Shown here in pieces: positions 1 to 8,042 of a DNA stretch of 24,039 nt (the first letter of the stretch is position 1; the number at the start of each line of letters is the position of its first letter). Origin of the DNA: a virus (Duplodnaviria > Caudoviricetes). The notes under the pieces were generated by a model. It did no database searches. It saw nothing but the letters and a program-made list of their open reading frames with translations, and was not told where the DNA came from. A program made the position numbers and the translations under genes. The stretch is from the IMG/VR virus record IMGVR_UViG_3300032295_000199, positions 1-24,039 of that record, one strand, 5' to 3'.

Positions 1-300
1 ATGTTCAGTAACACCTGCGCCATGACACTCGCACAGAAGTCCGACCGCATCCTCGCCCAGACGCGGGGCTTGAGCGGAACGACACCAAACGCCACGCAAC
101 TCATCGAAGAACTGCGGTGGGCGTTGGAGGAGAACAGGAAGGAGAACGCAACCATCACCGCCGAGCGCGACGAGGCGAGGCGGATGTGGTGTGAAGCCGA
201 AGCCGTAGGTAACTGCCTATCCGTGGATGACATGTATCGACGCGCTCGTACTGAAGCCAAGCGTCGAGAGTGGGACTGCTACAAGGAGGACGGCAAGTGA
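1..300 (+). CDS. Hypothetical phage protein with short coiled coil (possibly 5'-truncated by window edge)
   Basis: 99 aa ORF with helical heptad stretch (LIEELRWALEENRKENATITAERDEARR). Its TGA (298-300) overlaps the GTG of the next gene (GTGA). Confidence 0.6.
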   Translation: MFSNTCAMTLAQKSDRILAQTRGLSGTTPNATQLIEELRWALEENRKENATITAERDEARRMWCEAEAVGNCLSVDDMYRRARTEAKRREWDCYKEDGK

Positions 301-935
301 GCGTATTTCTTCTTGAATGGATGGGCAACGACGAGTCCATCGTCAATGCCGCCCGTGTGTCCTTCGACAAGGAGGCCGCGCACTACACCGATGATCAGAA
401 CCGATCTCTCTTGGACTACTTGGCGAGACACAACCATTGGTCGCCGTTCGCTCACACTTGCCTGAAGTTCCGCATCAAGGCTCCGATCTTCGTGGCCCGT
501 CAACTGGCGAAGCATCAGGTCGGGCTGGTGTGGAACGAGGTCAGCCGCCGCTATGTCAAGACCGACATCGACATGTGGAGGCCGGATGGCGCATTCCGCA
601 AGGCTGCTCCCAATGTCAAGCAGGGCAGCAGCGAGGAACTGGTGAACAATCCGGTGCTGATCTCGGACTACATCTACGCGGTTGAACTTGCCAAGCGGAC
701 CTACGAGAACCTCCTCAGTCAGGGCGTATGCGCCGAACAGGCTAGGGCGGTGCTTCCTCAGGCCATGTACACCGAGTGGATCTGGACCGGATCTCTGCTT
801 GCCTTCCACCGCGTAGTCACGCAGCGCACACACAGAACGGCTCAGCAGGAAACGCAGGAGATCGCCTACGGCATCGCCAAGAACTGCTATGAGTACTTCC
901 CCGCTTCGTGGCAAGCCTTGGAGAGATATGCATGA
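297..935 (+). CDS. thyX: Flavin-dependent thymidylate synthase ThyX
   Basis: Motifs IVNAARVSF, HNHWSPF, APIFVARQLAKHQVGLVWNEVSRRY (KHQ variant of RHRx7S) and EQARAVLPQ. Start moved from 270 to GTG at 297, which has AGGAGG at 284-289 and overlaps the upstream stop. Confidence 0.95.
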   Translation: MSVFLLEWMGNDESIVNAARVSFDKEAAHYTDDQNRSLLDYLARHNHWSPFAHTCLKFRIKAPIFVARQLAKHQVGLVWNEVSRRYVKTDIDMWRPDGAFRKAAPNVKQGSSEELVNNPVLISDYIYAVELAKRTYENLLSQGVCAEQARAVLPQAMYTEWIWTGSLLAFHRVVTQRTHRTAQQETQEIAYGIAKNCYEYFPASWQALERYA

Positions 936-1111
936 TCAGCAGATCCATGAAGCGAATCGTGCTGAGCATCGTGGAGTCCTCGCGTGAGGTCGTTGATGCT
1001 TGGCGAAGGAACTCCTCCGACAAGTCGGTCAAGAGCAAGGCTGATGTACTCAGGGCCTTGGACAGGCTGGAACGAGCCGTGAATCGGCTAGACAGGATGC
1101 AGGATGCGTAA
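932..1111 (+). CDS. Small hypothetical helical protein
   Basis: ATG at 932 overlaps the thyX stop (ATGA), fills the gap to the next gene and overlaps its start. No recognised motif. Confidence 0.6.
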   Translation: MISRSMKRIVLSIVESSREVVDAWRRNSSDKSVKSKADVLRALDRLERAVNRLDRMQDA

Positions 1112-1439
1112 GCGAAGTCTGACGAAGGAACAGGAAGTACAGGTCAAGGAACTGGCTGAGTCCGGGATGCCCAAGGCAGAGATCGCCCGGAAGTTCGGAG
1201 TCAGCCCCCAGTTGATCTCCCGGATCTCCCTGTATGGATACGAGGTTCGCCCGTACAGGGATCGCCGCAAGGCACCGCAGGAGCCGTCCACATGGGTGGA
1301 ACTTGCAAGGCTGTACAACTTGAAGTACCCTGATGACCCCATGTCGGCAGAGGAGATCAAGTCCGTGCATGATCTCGCGCTGAAGAAGATCAAGGTTCAT
1401 TTCGAGAAGCAAGGACTGGTAGAGTCCGACCTTCTCTAG
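1104..1439 (+). CDS. Helix-turn-helix DNA-binding protein (resolvase-type HTH plus sigma70 region-4-like C-terminal half)
   Basis: LTKEQEVQVKELAESGMPKAEIARKFGVSPQLISRI is a typical HTH. C-terminal TWVELARL...SAEEIKSVHDLALKKIK resembles sigma region 4.2. Confidence 0.8.
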   Translation: MRKRSLTKEQEVQVKELAESGMPKAEIARKFGVSPQLISRISLYGYEVRPYRDRRKAPQEPSTWVELARLYNLKYPDDPMSAEEIKSVHDLALKKIKVHFEKQGLVESDLL

Positions 1440-1461
1440 CGACTAGACAAAGGAGAACGCC

Positions 1462-3213
1462 ATGAAGATTTACTTCGACATCGAAACCAACGCGCTATTT
1501 GACTGGCTGCATCTGAGCGACCTCAAGACGATCCTGTGCATGGCCGTCAGCGTTGACGGTGCAGACCCAGAGATCGTGGACATCAAGGACGGGCTGACCC
1601 TTCTCCAGAACGCGGATGAGGTCATCGGCCACAACATCATGTCCTTCGACATTCCTGCCTTGACCAAGAAGCATCCCACCTTCAGGGTCAAGCGGATGAC
1701 GGACACGCTGCTCATGGCTCGTCTGCTCCATGCGGATCAGCGTGAGCGGGACTTCCAGATCAAGGACTTCCCGAAGGAGTTGATCGGCAGCCAGTCCCTC
1801 AAGGCTTGGGGCGTTCGCCTCGGGATGCTCAAGGCCGATGCCCCGGACTTCAGCGAGGACACGGCTCAACTGCGCGAGTACTGCAAGCAGGATGTCCGTG
1901 TCACCGTGGAACTGCACAAGCACCTCCTGTCCCACAAGGCCATGCCCCTCGCTGAGAAGGCTTGCGTTCTTGAACACAGGTTCGCGGAGATCATCCGTGA
2001 GCAGGAGCGAGTCGGCTTCCCCTTCGATGTCGATGCTGCCCGTAGGCTCCACGCGGATCTGCTGAAGGCCAACCTCGCCATCGAACAGGAACTCCAGAAG
2101 GCATTCCCGCCGATCACCACGGAGCGCATCTCTGCGAAGACTGGCAGGGCCCTGAAGCCCAAGGTCGAGGTGTTCAACCCCGGCAGCCGTGTGCAGATTG
2201 CGTCCCGTCTGATCGACCGCTACGGCTGGAAGCCCACCGAGTTCACTCCGGACGGCAAGCCTCGGGTCGATGAAGCGGTGCTGTCTTCACTTGGATACAA
2301 GGAGGCAGACCTCCTCGGTGATTACCTGACCACGCAGAAGCGGCTCGGGCAGTTGGCCGATGGCGACGAGGCATGGCTCAAGTTGGTCGGTACCGACAAT
2401 CGGATCCACGGACGGGTCAACACCAACGGTGCCATCACCGGACGCTGCACCCACCGCAATCCCAACATGGCCCAGATCCCCTCGGCTCCCGAGTACCGCA
2501 GCCTGTTCACCGCCTCCAAGGGCAAGGTGCTGGTGGGCGTGGATGCCTCGGGTCTGGAACTCCGATGTCTTGCCCACTTCCTCGGACGGTACGACAAGGG
2601 CGAGTACGCCAAGGCAATCCTTGAGGGCGACATCCATTGGGCCAACGCCATCGCCTTCGGCCTGACCAAGGATGCCGTGCAGGACAAGGCCAACCCCGAC
2701 CACAAGGCTGCCCGTAACCAAGCCAAGGGAGCCATCTACGCCCTGATCTACGGGGCTGGCAACGACAAGTTGGGTATGGTCCTCGGAGGCGACAAGAAGC
2801 GCGGCTCCAAGGCCCGTGCCAACTTTGAGGCCAAGGTCCCGGCTTACCTCAGGCTCAAGGAGGATGTCTCCACGGCTCTGGCTGCCAACGGCTTCCTACG
2901 AGGCGTGGACTCCCGTCCCCTGTACCCGAGGTCGGAACATGCTGCGCTCAACACCCTGCTTCAGTCCGCTGGTGCGGTGGTGATGAAGGCTGCTTGCGTG
3001 ATTGCTTGGGATGACTTCCTGTCCAAGGGCATCGAAGTCGAACAGGTTGCCTCGGTCCATGACGAATACCAATTCATCGTTTCTCCCAAGGACGGAGACC
3101 GAGTTGGTAAGATCGTGATCAAGGCCATCCAACAGGCCGGAAGGGACCTTGGTTTCCGATGCCAACTGGACGGCGAGTACCGAGTGGGGGCAAACTGGGC
3201 AGAAACACATTGA
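1462..3213 (+). CDS. gp5: DNA polymerase family A with 3'-5' exonuclease (T7 gp5-like)
   Basis: ExoI YFDIET, ExoII IGHNIMSFD, ExoIII YCKQDV, TGRCTHRNPNMAQIP, motif A VGVDASGLELR, motif B RNQAKGAIYALIYG, motif C VHDE, C-terminus NWAETH. SD AAGGAG upstream. Confidence 0.97.
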   Translation: MKIYFDIETNALFDWLHLSDLKTILCMAVSVDGADPEIVDIKDGLTLLQNADEVIGHNIMSFDIPALTKKHPTFRVKRMTDTLLMARLLHADQRERDFQIKDFPKELIGSQSLKAWGVRLGMLKADAPDFSEDTAQLREYCKQDVRVTVELHKHLLSHKAMPLAEKACVLEHRFAEIIREQERVGFPFDVDAARRLHADLLKANLAIEQELQKAFPPITTERISAKTGRALKPKVEVFNPGSRVQIASRLIDRYGWKPTEFTPDGKPRVDEAVLSSLGYKEADLLGDYLTTQKRLGQLADGDEAWLKLVGTDNRIHGRVNTNGAITGRCTHRNPNMAQIPSAPEYRSLFTASKGKVLVGVDASGLELRCLAHFLGRYDKGEYAKAILEGDIHWANAIAFGLTKDAVQDKANPDHKAARNQAKGAIYALIYGAGNDKLGMVLGGDKKRGSKARANFEAKVPAYLRLKEDVSTALAANGFLRGVDSRPLYPRSEHAALNTLLQSAGAVVMKAACVIAWDDFLSKGIEVEQVASVHDEYQFIVSPKDGDRVGKIVIKAIQQAGRDLGFRCQLDGEYRVGANWAETH

Positions 3214-3542
3214 ACGCCTATGCGGCTGGATTGCTTGACGGCGAGGGATGCATACGGTGGAACCGTACACCATCCATCGAAGTCACCAACAAGCACTACG
3301 GTGTTCTGGTGCAGATGCAGGACAGGTGGGGTGGGAGTGTCAGACTCAAGGATGAGGACATCTTTGTATGGACGCTTTGCGGAGCAAAGGCTCTCTCCTA
3401 CCTGTCCTGCGTTGCGCGATACTCAATCATCAAGTACCCGCAGATCGCCACGCTGTTTGCGGCTGCTGCTGCCAAGTGCAAGAGCGAACGACAGAGCCAC
3501 ATCAACTCCCTGAGGAAACTTAAGCATGTCTACACCGATTGA
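3210..3542 (+). CDS. Free-standing single-motif LAGLIDADG homing endonuclease-like protein
   Basis: N-terminal AYAAGLLDGEGCI (LAGLIDADG helix), followed by IEVTNK..VL....WGGSV, a W strand and YSIIK.PQ, as in the family. Probable TTG start at 3210 overlaps the polymerase TGA (TTGA). Confidence 0.8.
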   Translation: MNAYAAGLLDGEGCIRWNRTPSIEVTNKHYGVLVQMQDRWGGSVRLKDEDIFVWTLCGAKALSYLSCVARYSIIKYPQIATLFAAAAAKCKSERQSHINSLRKLKHVYTD

Positions 3543-3729
3543 GTTCATGCAGACCGACGAACTCATCCACGAACTCAAGAAGCGATTCGATGAGATGCTC
3601 TTCATCGGCTACTCGGCCAAGACCAAGTCCGAGGACAACTACAGCATTTCCGTGAAGTCCACGCTCCACGGTTCATACGGACTGATCGAAGTACTCACAC
3701 GGGCAACGGATGCCCACTCGGAGGAATGA
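3526..3729 (+). CDS. Small hypothetical protein
   Basis: 67 aa ORF with GAGGAAAC upstream, genome-typical codons, tightly packed between neighbours. Confidence 0.75.
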   Translation: MSTPIEFMQTDELIHELKKRFDEMLFIGYSAKTKSEDNYSISVKSTLHGSYGLIEVLTRATDAHSEE

Positions 3730-3732
3730 GAA

Positions 3733-4458
3733 ATGAGAACGCTGCTGATCGACGGTGACATCCTGATCTACTCCGTCTGCTCCGCTGCCGAGTATGTGGC
3801 GCGGTTCGATGACGAGACCGATGTCGCCTTCTGCAATGTGCATGAGGCACTCAACATCTGCATCGCTCGGCTTGACGAGTGGAAGACAAAGTTGGATGCG
3901 TCCTTCATGGTTGTGGCCTTCACGGGCAAGGACAACTTCCGCAAGGTCATCTACCCCGAGTACAAGGCCCATCGTAAGGCTTGTCGCAAGCCCTGCGGAT
4001 ACAAGCCCGTCAAGGAGATGCTGGCTCAGGCGTACCCGGTGAAGGAGGAGGATCCGCTGGAGGGTGATGACATCCTCGGCATCCTGTCCACGGAGGGCAC
4101 CTACGAGAATCCCGTCATCGTGTCCTCCGACAAGGACCTGAACTGCATCCCCGGTGCGCTGTGGAATCCCGACAAGGACGATGAGCCCCGGTTCATCACC
4201 AAGCAGGAGGCCGACAGGAACTGGCTGATGCAGACCCTGACGGGAGACAAGACCGATGGGTATCCGGGTCTTGAGGGCGTAGGCCCCGTGACCGCTGCCA
4301 AGATCCTGAAGAACGGAACTTGGGACGAGGTGCAGAAGGCTTACACCACCGCCGGATTCAACGAGGAATATGCCCTGACTCAGGCCCGGTGTGCCCGGAT
4401 CCTGCGCCATGGCGAGTACGATTGGGACACCAAGGAGGTCAAACTGTGGACACCATGA
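3733..4458 (+). CDS. gp6: 5'-3' exonuclease / RNase H (T7 gp6-like)
   Basis: LLIDGDIL, NFRKVIYPEYKAHR, LEGDDILG, SSDKDL and TLTGDKTDGYPGLEGVGPVTA (H3TH), all flap/5' nuclease motifs. Confidence 0.95.
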   Translation: MRTLLIDGDILIYSVCSAAEYVARFDDETDVAFCNVHEALNICIARLDEWKTKLDASFMVVAFTGKDNFRKVIYPEYKAHRKACRKPCGYKPVKEMLAQAYPVKEEDPLEGDDILGILSTEGTYENPVIVSSDKDLNCIPGALWNPDKDDEPRFITKQEADRNWLMQTLTGDKTDGYPGLEGVGPVTAAKILKNGTWDEVQKAYTTAGFNEEYALTQARCARILRHGEYDWDTKEVKLWTP

Positions 4459-4781
4459 ATCGAAGCCGTCTGCTGGCAATGCACAAGGAACTGTGTGACG
4501 AGGCCCGTGGCCTGTCTGAGCGGAAGAACCACGACTACAGCGGAGGCAAGGACGATACGCATCCCTTCCTCAACTTCACCCGCTGCGAGGCCATGGGGAT
4601 CTGCAAGACTGAGGCTGGAATCCTCGTCCGTCTGACCGACAAGATGTCGCGGCTCTCCACCTTCATCACGACCGGAGAGTTCAAGGTCAAGGATGAAGCC
4701 CTGCGTGACACGATCCTCGACATCATCAACTACTCCATCATCCTCTACGCCTACACCCAGAGTCAGAAAAACAATGAATAA
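4455..4781 (+). CDS. DUF1599 / nucleotide-modification-associated domain 1 (Nmad1)-like protein
   Basis: RKNHDYS...PFLNF...GILVRLTDKMSRL...DTILDIINYSII pattern. ATG at 4455 overlaps the exonuclease stop (ATGA), so the start is later than the ORF track's 4320. Confidence 0.75.
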   Translation: MNRSRLLAMHKELCDEARGLSERKNHDYSGGKDDTHPFLNFTRCEAMGICKTEAGILVRLTDKMSRLSTFITTGEFKVKDEALRDTILDIINYSIILYAYTQSQKNNE

Positions 4782-4971
4782 CATTGCTTCTAAGGAAGGT
4801 TTTCTTTTGCCACCTCCCCGGCTTAGCGTCGAACTGGTGGCCTTCCTTGACCAGCAATTCCCAGAGAAGTCTCCGGACCCCAGTCAGGGGCTGCCGGAGA
4901 TTTTCTTTCAGTCTGGTCAGCGATCCGTGGTCCGTTACCTGAATCGTCTTCTTGAGGAGCAAGAACAATAA
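4774..4971 (+). CDS. Small phage protein upstream of the virion module
   Basis: ATG at 4774 overlaps the previous gene end. LVAFLDQQFP...GQRSVVRYL resembles small proteins I recall at this position in T7-like phages. Stop overlaps the next start (TAATG). Confidence 0.65.
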   Translation: MNNIASKEGFLLPPPRLSVELVAFLDQQFPEKSPDPSQGLPEIFFQSGQRSVVRYLNRLLEEQEQ

Positions 4972-5180
4972 TGTGTACCCGAGGCCCTTCAGCCCCGCCC
5001 CCGCCGCCTGAGGTCAAGTTGCCTGAGGCTCCGCAGATGCCCAACGTGGTCGCCCCCGGTACCCTTCAGGCTGCTCCGGCTGCCCCGAAGATGTCCGATG
5101 CCACCATCAAGCGCAAGGGCAAGCGTGGCATGGTGATCCAGATGGGTTCTACCCCCGGCACCAACATCCCCGGAGTCTAA
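4971..5180 (+). CDS. Small virion/tail assembly protein (T7 gp6.7/gp7.3-like)
   Basis: MC start, Pro-rich body, basic KRKGKRG patch, immediately upstream of portal. Confidence 0.65.
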   Translation: MCTRGPSAPPPPPEVKLPEAPQMPNVVAPGTLQAAPAAPKMSDATIKRKGKRGMVIQMGSTPGTNIPGV

Positions 5181-5183
5181 GCC

Positions 5184-6716
5184 ATGGCAGAAATGGGCAA
5201 GGCCCTCTACCTGAATCTGGAAACCCAACGGTTCTCCTACCTTGAACGGGCCCGTGACTGCGCTCGTCTGACCCTGCCCCACATCTTCACGGATGAAGGC
5301 AACCAGACCGCGACCAAGTTCACGGCTCCGTGGCAGTCGGTGGGAGCCCGTGGGGTCAACAACCTTGCCTCTGCCCTGCTGCTGTCGCTCCTCCCTCCCA
5401 ACGCCCCCTTCTTCCGGTTCATCATCGATCCGAAGGCGGCCAAGAATCTGGAGAGCCTGTCTCCCCGAGCCAAGGCCGAGGCCGAGCAGAGCCTGTCGGA
5501 GATGGAGCGGACGGTGATGAAGGAGATCGAATCCCAGAACATCCGGGTCGGTCTCTTTGAAGCCCTGAAGCACCTGATCGTCGCCGGGAATGTTCTGATC
5601 TACCTCCCTGATGACGGTCCCATGCGGGTCATTCGTCTTGATCGATATGTGATCAAGCGCGACCCCATGGGCAATGTGCGGAAGATCGTGGTCAAGGAGA
5701 CCGTGGCTCCGGCCATGCTTCCTCCTGAGGCGGCTGCAATCGCCAAGACTTGCATGTGCGCCCACGAAAGCACGGTGGACATCTACACCTGTTGCTACAC
5801 CCTGCCGGATGGGAAGGTCGAGGTTCACCAGAAGATCGGTGACACCATCCTGCCCGACTCCGTGTCGATCTACCCCGCCGAGCGCAATCCGTTCTTCGCC
5901 CTTCGCATGAACCGGGTGGACGGCGAGGACTACGGTCGGTCGTATGTCGAGCAGTACTACGGCGATCTGGTGGCCCTCGACAGCCTCTCCAAGAGCATTG
6001 TTGAGGCTGCCGCTGCCATGGCCAAGGTGCTGTTCCTCGTCAACCCCGTGGGCACCACCCGAGCCAAGAAGTTGGCTCAGAGCCAGAACGGGGCCATCAT
6101 CGAAGGCAATGCCGCCGATGTCACCGTGCTTCAGGTGCAGAAGGCCGCAGACCTGAGCGTTGCCTTGCAGACGATGAACAGCATCAACGAGCGGATGTCC
6201 TACGCCTTCCTGCTCACCGAGGCTTCCATCCGCAACGCCGAGCGTGTCACCGCCGAGGAGATCCGGCTGGTCACCCAGAGCATCGAACGGCAACTTGGCG
6301 GCATCTACAGCCTCCTGTCTCAGGAGTTCCAGTTGCCTCTGGTCAACCGCATCATCGACCGCCTGACCAAGGCCAAGAAGATGCCCAAGATCAACAAGAA
6401 CTTCATTACCCCCACCATCGTCACCGGAATCGATGCCCTTGGCCGTGGTAATGACCTGAACCGACTGGACATTTATCTTCAGGGAATTGCCCAGATTCTG
6501 GGTCCCGGCGGTCTTCAGCAGTACATTGATTTCCGGGAATACATGAACCGCCGTGCAGCAGCCCTAGGAATCGACACGGCTGGCCTTGTGAAGACCGAGG
6601 AGCAGATTCAGGCCGAGCAGCAAGCCGCCATGCAGCAGCAGATGCTCCAGCAGATGACTCCTCAGGCTGCACAGACCATGGGCAACATCGTTGAATCGCA
6701 GCAGACACAGCAATGA
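5184..6716 (+). CDS. gp8: Portal (head-to-tail connector) protein
   Basis: WQSVGARGVNNLASALLLSLLPPNAPFF, GEDYGRSYVEQYYGDL, RNAERVTAEEIR, LGGIYSLLSQEFQLPL, TGIDALGRGNDL; 510 aa. Confidence 0.97.
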   Translation: MAEMGKALYLNLETQRFSYLERARDCARLTLPHIFTDEGNQTATKFTAPWQSVGARGVNNLASALLLSLLPPNAPFFRFIIDPKAAKNLESLSPRAKAEAEQSLSEMERTVMKEIESQNIRVGLFEALKHLIVAGNVLIYLPDDGPMRVIRLDRYVIKRDPMGNVRKIVVKETVAPAMLPPEAAAIAKTCMCAHESTVDIYTCCYTLPDGKVEVHQKIGDTILPDSVSIYPAERNPFFALRMNRVDGEDYGRSYVEQYYGDLVALDSLSKSIVEAAAAMAKVLFLVNPVGTTRAKKLAQSQNGAIIEGNAADVTVLQVQKAADLSVALQTMNSINERMSYAFLLTEASIRNAERVTAEEIRLVTQSIERQLGGIYSLLSQEFQLPLVNRIIDRLTKAKKMPKINKNFITPTIVTGIDALGRGNDLNRLDIYLQGIAQILGPGGLQQYIDFREYMNRRAAALGIDTAGLVKTEEQIQAEQQAAMQQQMLQQMTPQAAQTMGNIVESQQTQQ

Positions 6717-7447
6717 GCAATCACCAGCAAGTCACCATCGTCCGAGATACCGCAGAGTCGAACAACGAGACTGACGCTCTGGCTCAGGCCATGAACGAAC
6801 AGGCTCCAGTCACCGCTGCCCCGGAGGTTCCGCAGGAGAATCGTCCGGGCTGGCTCCCCGAGAAGTTCCAGAACGCGGAGGACATGGCCAAGGCTTACTC
6901 CGAACTGGAGAAGAAGATCGGGACCAAGACCGGGATCACCCCGGATGCGTTCCAGAAGTACAGCGAGGAGTTCATCGCCAACGGCGACCTGAGCGACGAG
7001 TCCGTGAAGGCCGTCAGCAGCCTCGGCATTCCCGAGGAGATCGTCCGTGCCTATGTCGAGGGGCAGAAGGCGGTCATGGATGCCAACATCAACAGCATCT
7101 ACGGCATGGCCGGAGGTGAGCCCCAGTACCAGTCGATGCTGGAGTGGGCTGCCGATGCGCTTCCGGAGGCCGAGGTCGATACCTTCAACGACATCATCGG
7201 CTCGGGCAACATGAACACCATCCGCATGGCGGTTCAGGGTCTCAAGGCTCGGTTTGAGCAGTCGAACGGGGTCAAGGGTCGGCTCATTCAGGGCGAGACC
7301 TCCGGTTCCAGCGGCAGCAGCGCATTCCGCAGCATCGCTGAGATCGTGTCGGCCATGAAGGATCCCCGGTATGCCAAGGACCCCGCATATCGTCAGGATG
7401 TCGAGCAGCGGGTCGCTCTTTCCAACGCACTCGGAGTCAATCGATGA
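6713..7447 (+). CDS. gp9: Capsid assembly scaffolding protein
   Basis: RPGWLPEKF..AEDMAKAYSELEKK, AGGE..Y..ML.WA, C-terminal AMKDPRYAKDPAYRQDVEQRV; follows portal with ATGA overlap. Confidence 0.93.
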   Translation: MSNHQQVTIVRDTAESNNETDALAQAMNEQAPVTAAPEVPQENRPGWLPEKFQNAEDMAKAYSELEKKIGTKTGITPDAFQKYSEEFIANGDLSDESVKAVSSLGIPEEIVRAYVEGQKAVMDANINSIYGMAGGEPQYQSMLEWAADALPEAEVDTFNDIIGSGNMNTIRMAVQGLKARFEQSNGVKGRLIQGETSGSSGSSAFRSIAEIVSAMKDPRYAKDPAYRQDVEQRVALSNALGVNR

Positions 7448-7626
7448 AGTCCAACATGAAGACCACCGTCCTCGGCATCGCCACCATTCTCACCGCAGTC
7501 TCCTCGGCAGCCATTGCCCTGCTTGACGGCGATCCCGCCACCACCTTCGACATCGGCTCGGTCATCGCGGCCATCACGGCTGGCATCGGCCTGATCATGG
7601 CCAAGGATGCCGAGAAGAAGGCGTGA
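7444..7626 (+). CDS. Small two-TM membrane protein (holin-like)
   Basis: Two hydrophobic segments (TTVLGIATILTAVSSAAIALL; IGSVIAAITAGIGLIMA), acidic loop, basic tail KDAEKKA. ATGA overlap with the scaffold stop. Confidence 0.7.
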   Translation: MKSNMKTTVLGIATILTAVSSAAIALLDGDPATTFDIGSVIAAITAGIGLIMAKDAEKKA

Positions 7627-7808
7627 TGTGGGGCTGGGTCAAGGAACTGGTCACGGCAATCCTTGAATTCCTTGAACGATTAGTATCTAAGGAAACTTAT
7701 GCACAAGGTGCTGACCCGAATGCTGGCGGTGTGCGCTCTCGGTTTCATCGCCGGGTGCGGGACCACCGTGATCATCGTTCCACCGGGGACTCCGGTCCAA
7801 CTGGCTGA
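7626..7808 (+). CDS. Small amphipathic-helix protein (possible non-canonical i-spanin)
   Basis: TGATG coupling to the upstream stop. N-terminal amphipathic WGWVKELVTAILEFLERLV. 3' half overlaps the lipoprotein in another frame. Confidence 0.5.
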   Translation: MWGWVKELVTAILEFLERLVSKETYAQGADPNAGGVRSRFHRRVRDHRDHRSTGDSGPTG

Positions 7809-7935
7809 GCCAGTCAAGGCCCATGTCTTCGTGGTCCAAAAGGACGGTACCCGTGTCAAGTCTGCCAACAAGGTCGAGATCCCGGCTGGTTGGTGGGCTG
7901 CGGATGTGCCAGAAGACCCCCCGGCTGCGCCGTGA
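7699..7935 (+). CDS. Small lipoprotein (possible o-spanin, Rz1-like)
   Basis: Signal peptide MHKVLTRMLAVCALGFIAG|C with lipobox IAGC. TAAGGA SD upstream. Pro-containing mature region. Confidence 0.75.
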   Translation: MHKVLTRMLAVCALGFIAGCGTTVIIVPPGTPVQLAEPVKAHVFVVQKDGTRVKSANKVEIPAGWWAADVPEDPPAAP

Positions 7936-7969
7936 GGCATCGACCCTCACTTGATTCGCGTAGGCCATC

Positions 7970-8006
7970 GGAACCCCCCAGAGAAATCTGGCGGGTTCCT
8001 TTCTTT
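7970..8006 (+). terminator. Rho-independent terminator upstream of the capsid gene
   Basis: GGAACCC-C-CCAGA GAAA TCTGG-C-GGGTTCC (12 bp, one C-C mismatch, GAAA loop) followed by TTTCTTT. Confidence 0.75.
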
Positions 8007-8042
8007 CTCCAGTTAACAGATGGGCTGGGGAGATGCTAGAAG

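Noticed and set aside
3159-3542. LAGLIDADG as part of an intein or group I intron in the polymerase
   Set aside because: The polymerase ends intact at NWAETH-stop, there are no splicing motifs, and no non-coding room for an intron core.
4320-4454. N-terminal extensions given by the ORF track (also 270, 908, 4693, 12886, 21022)
   Set aside because: They overlap upstream genes; downstream starts with stop/start coupling or SD sites fit better.
7943-7951. ACCCTCACT, resembling the T3 promoter core
   Set aside because: Single copy, flanks do not match, and no repeated phage-RNAP promoter was noticed in other intergenic regions.
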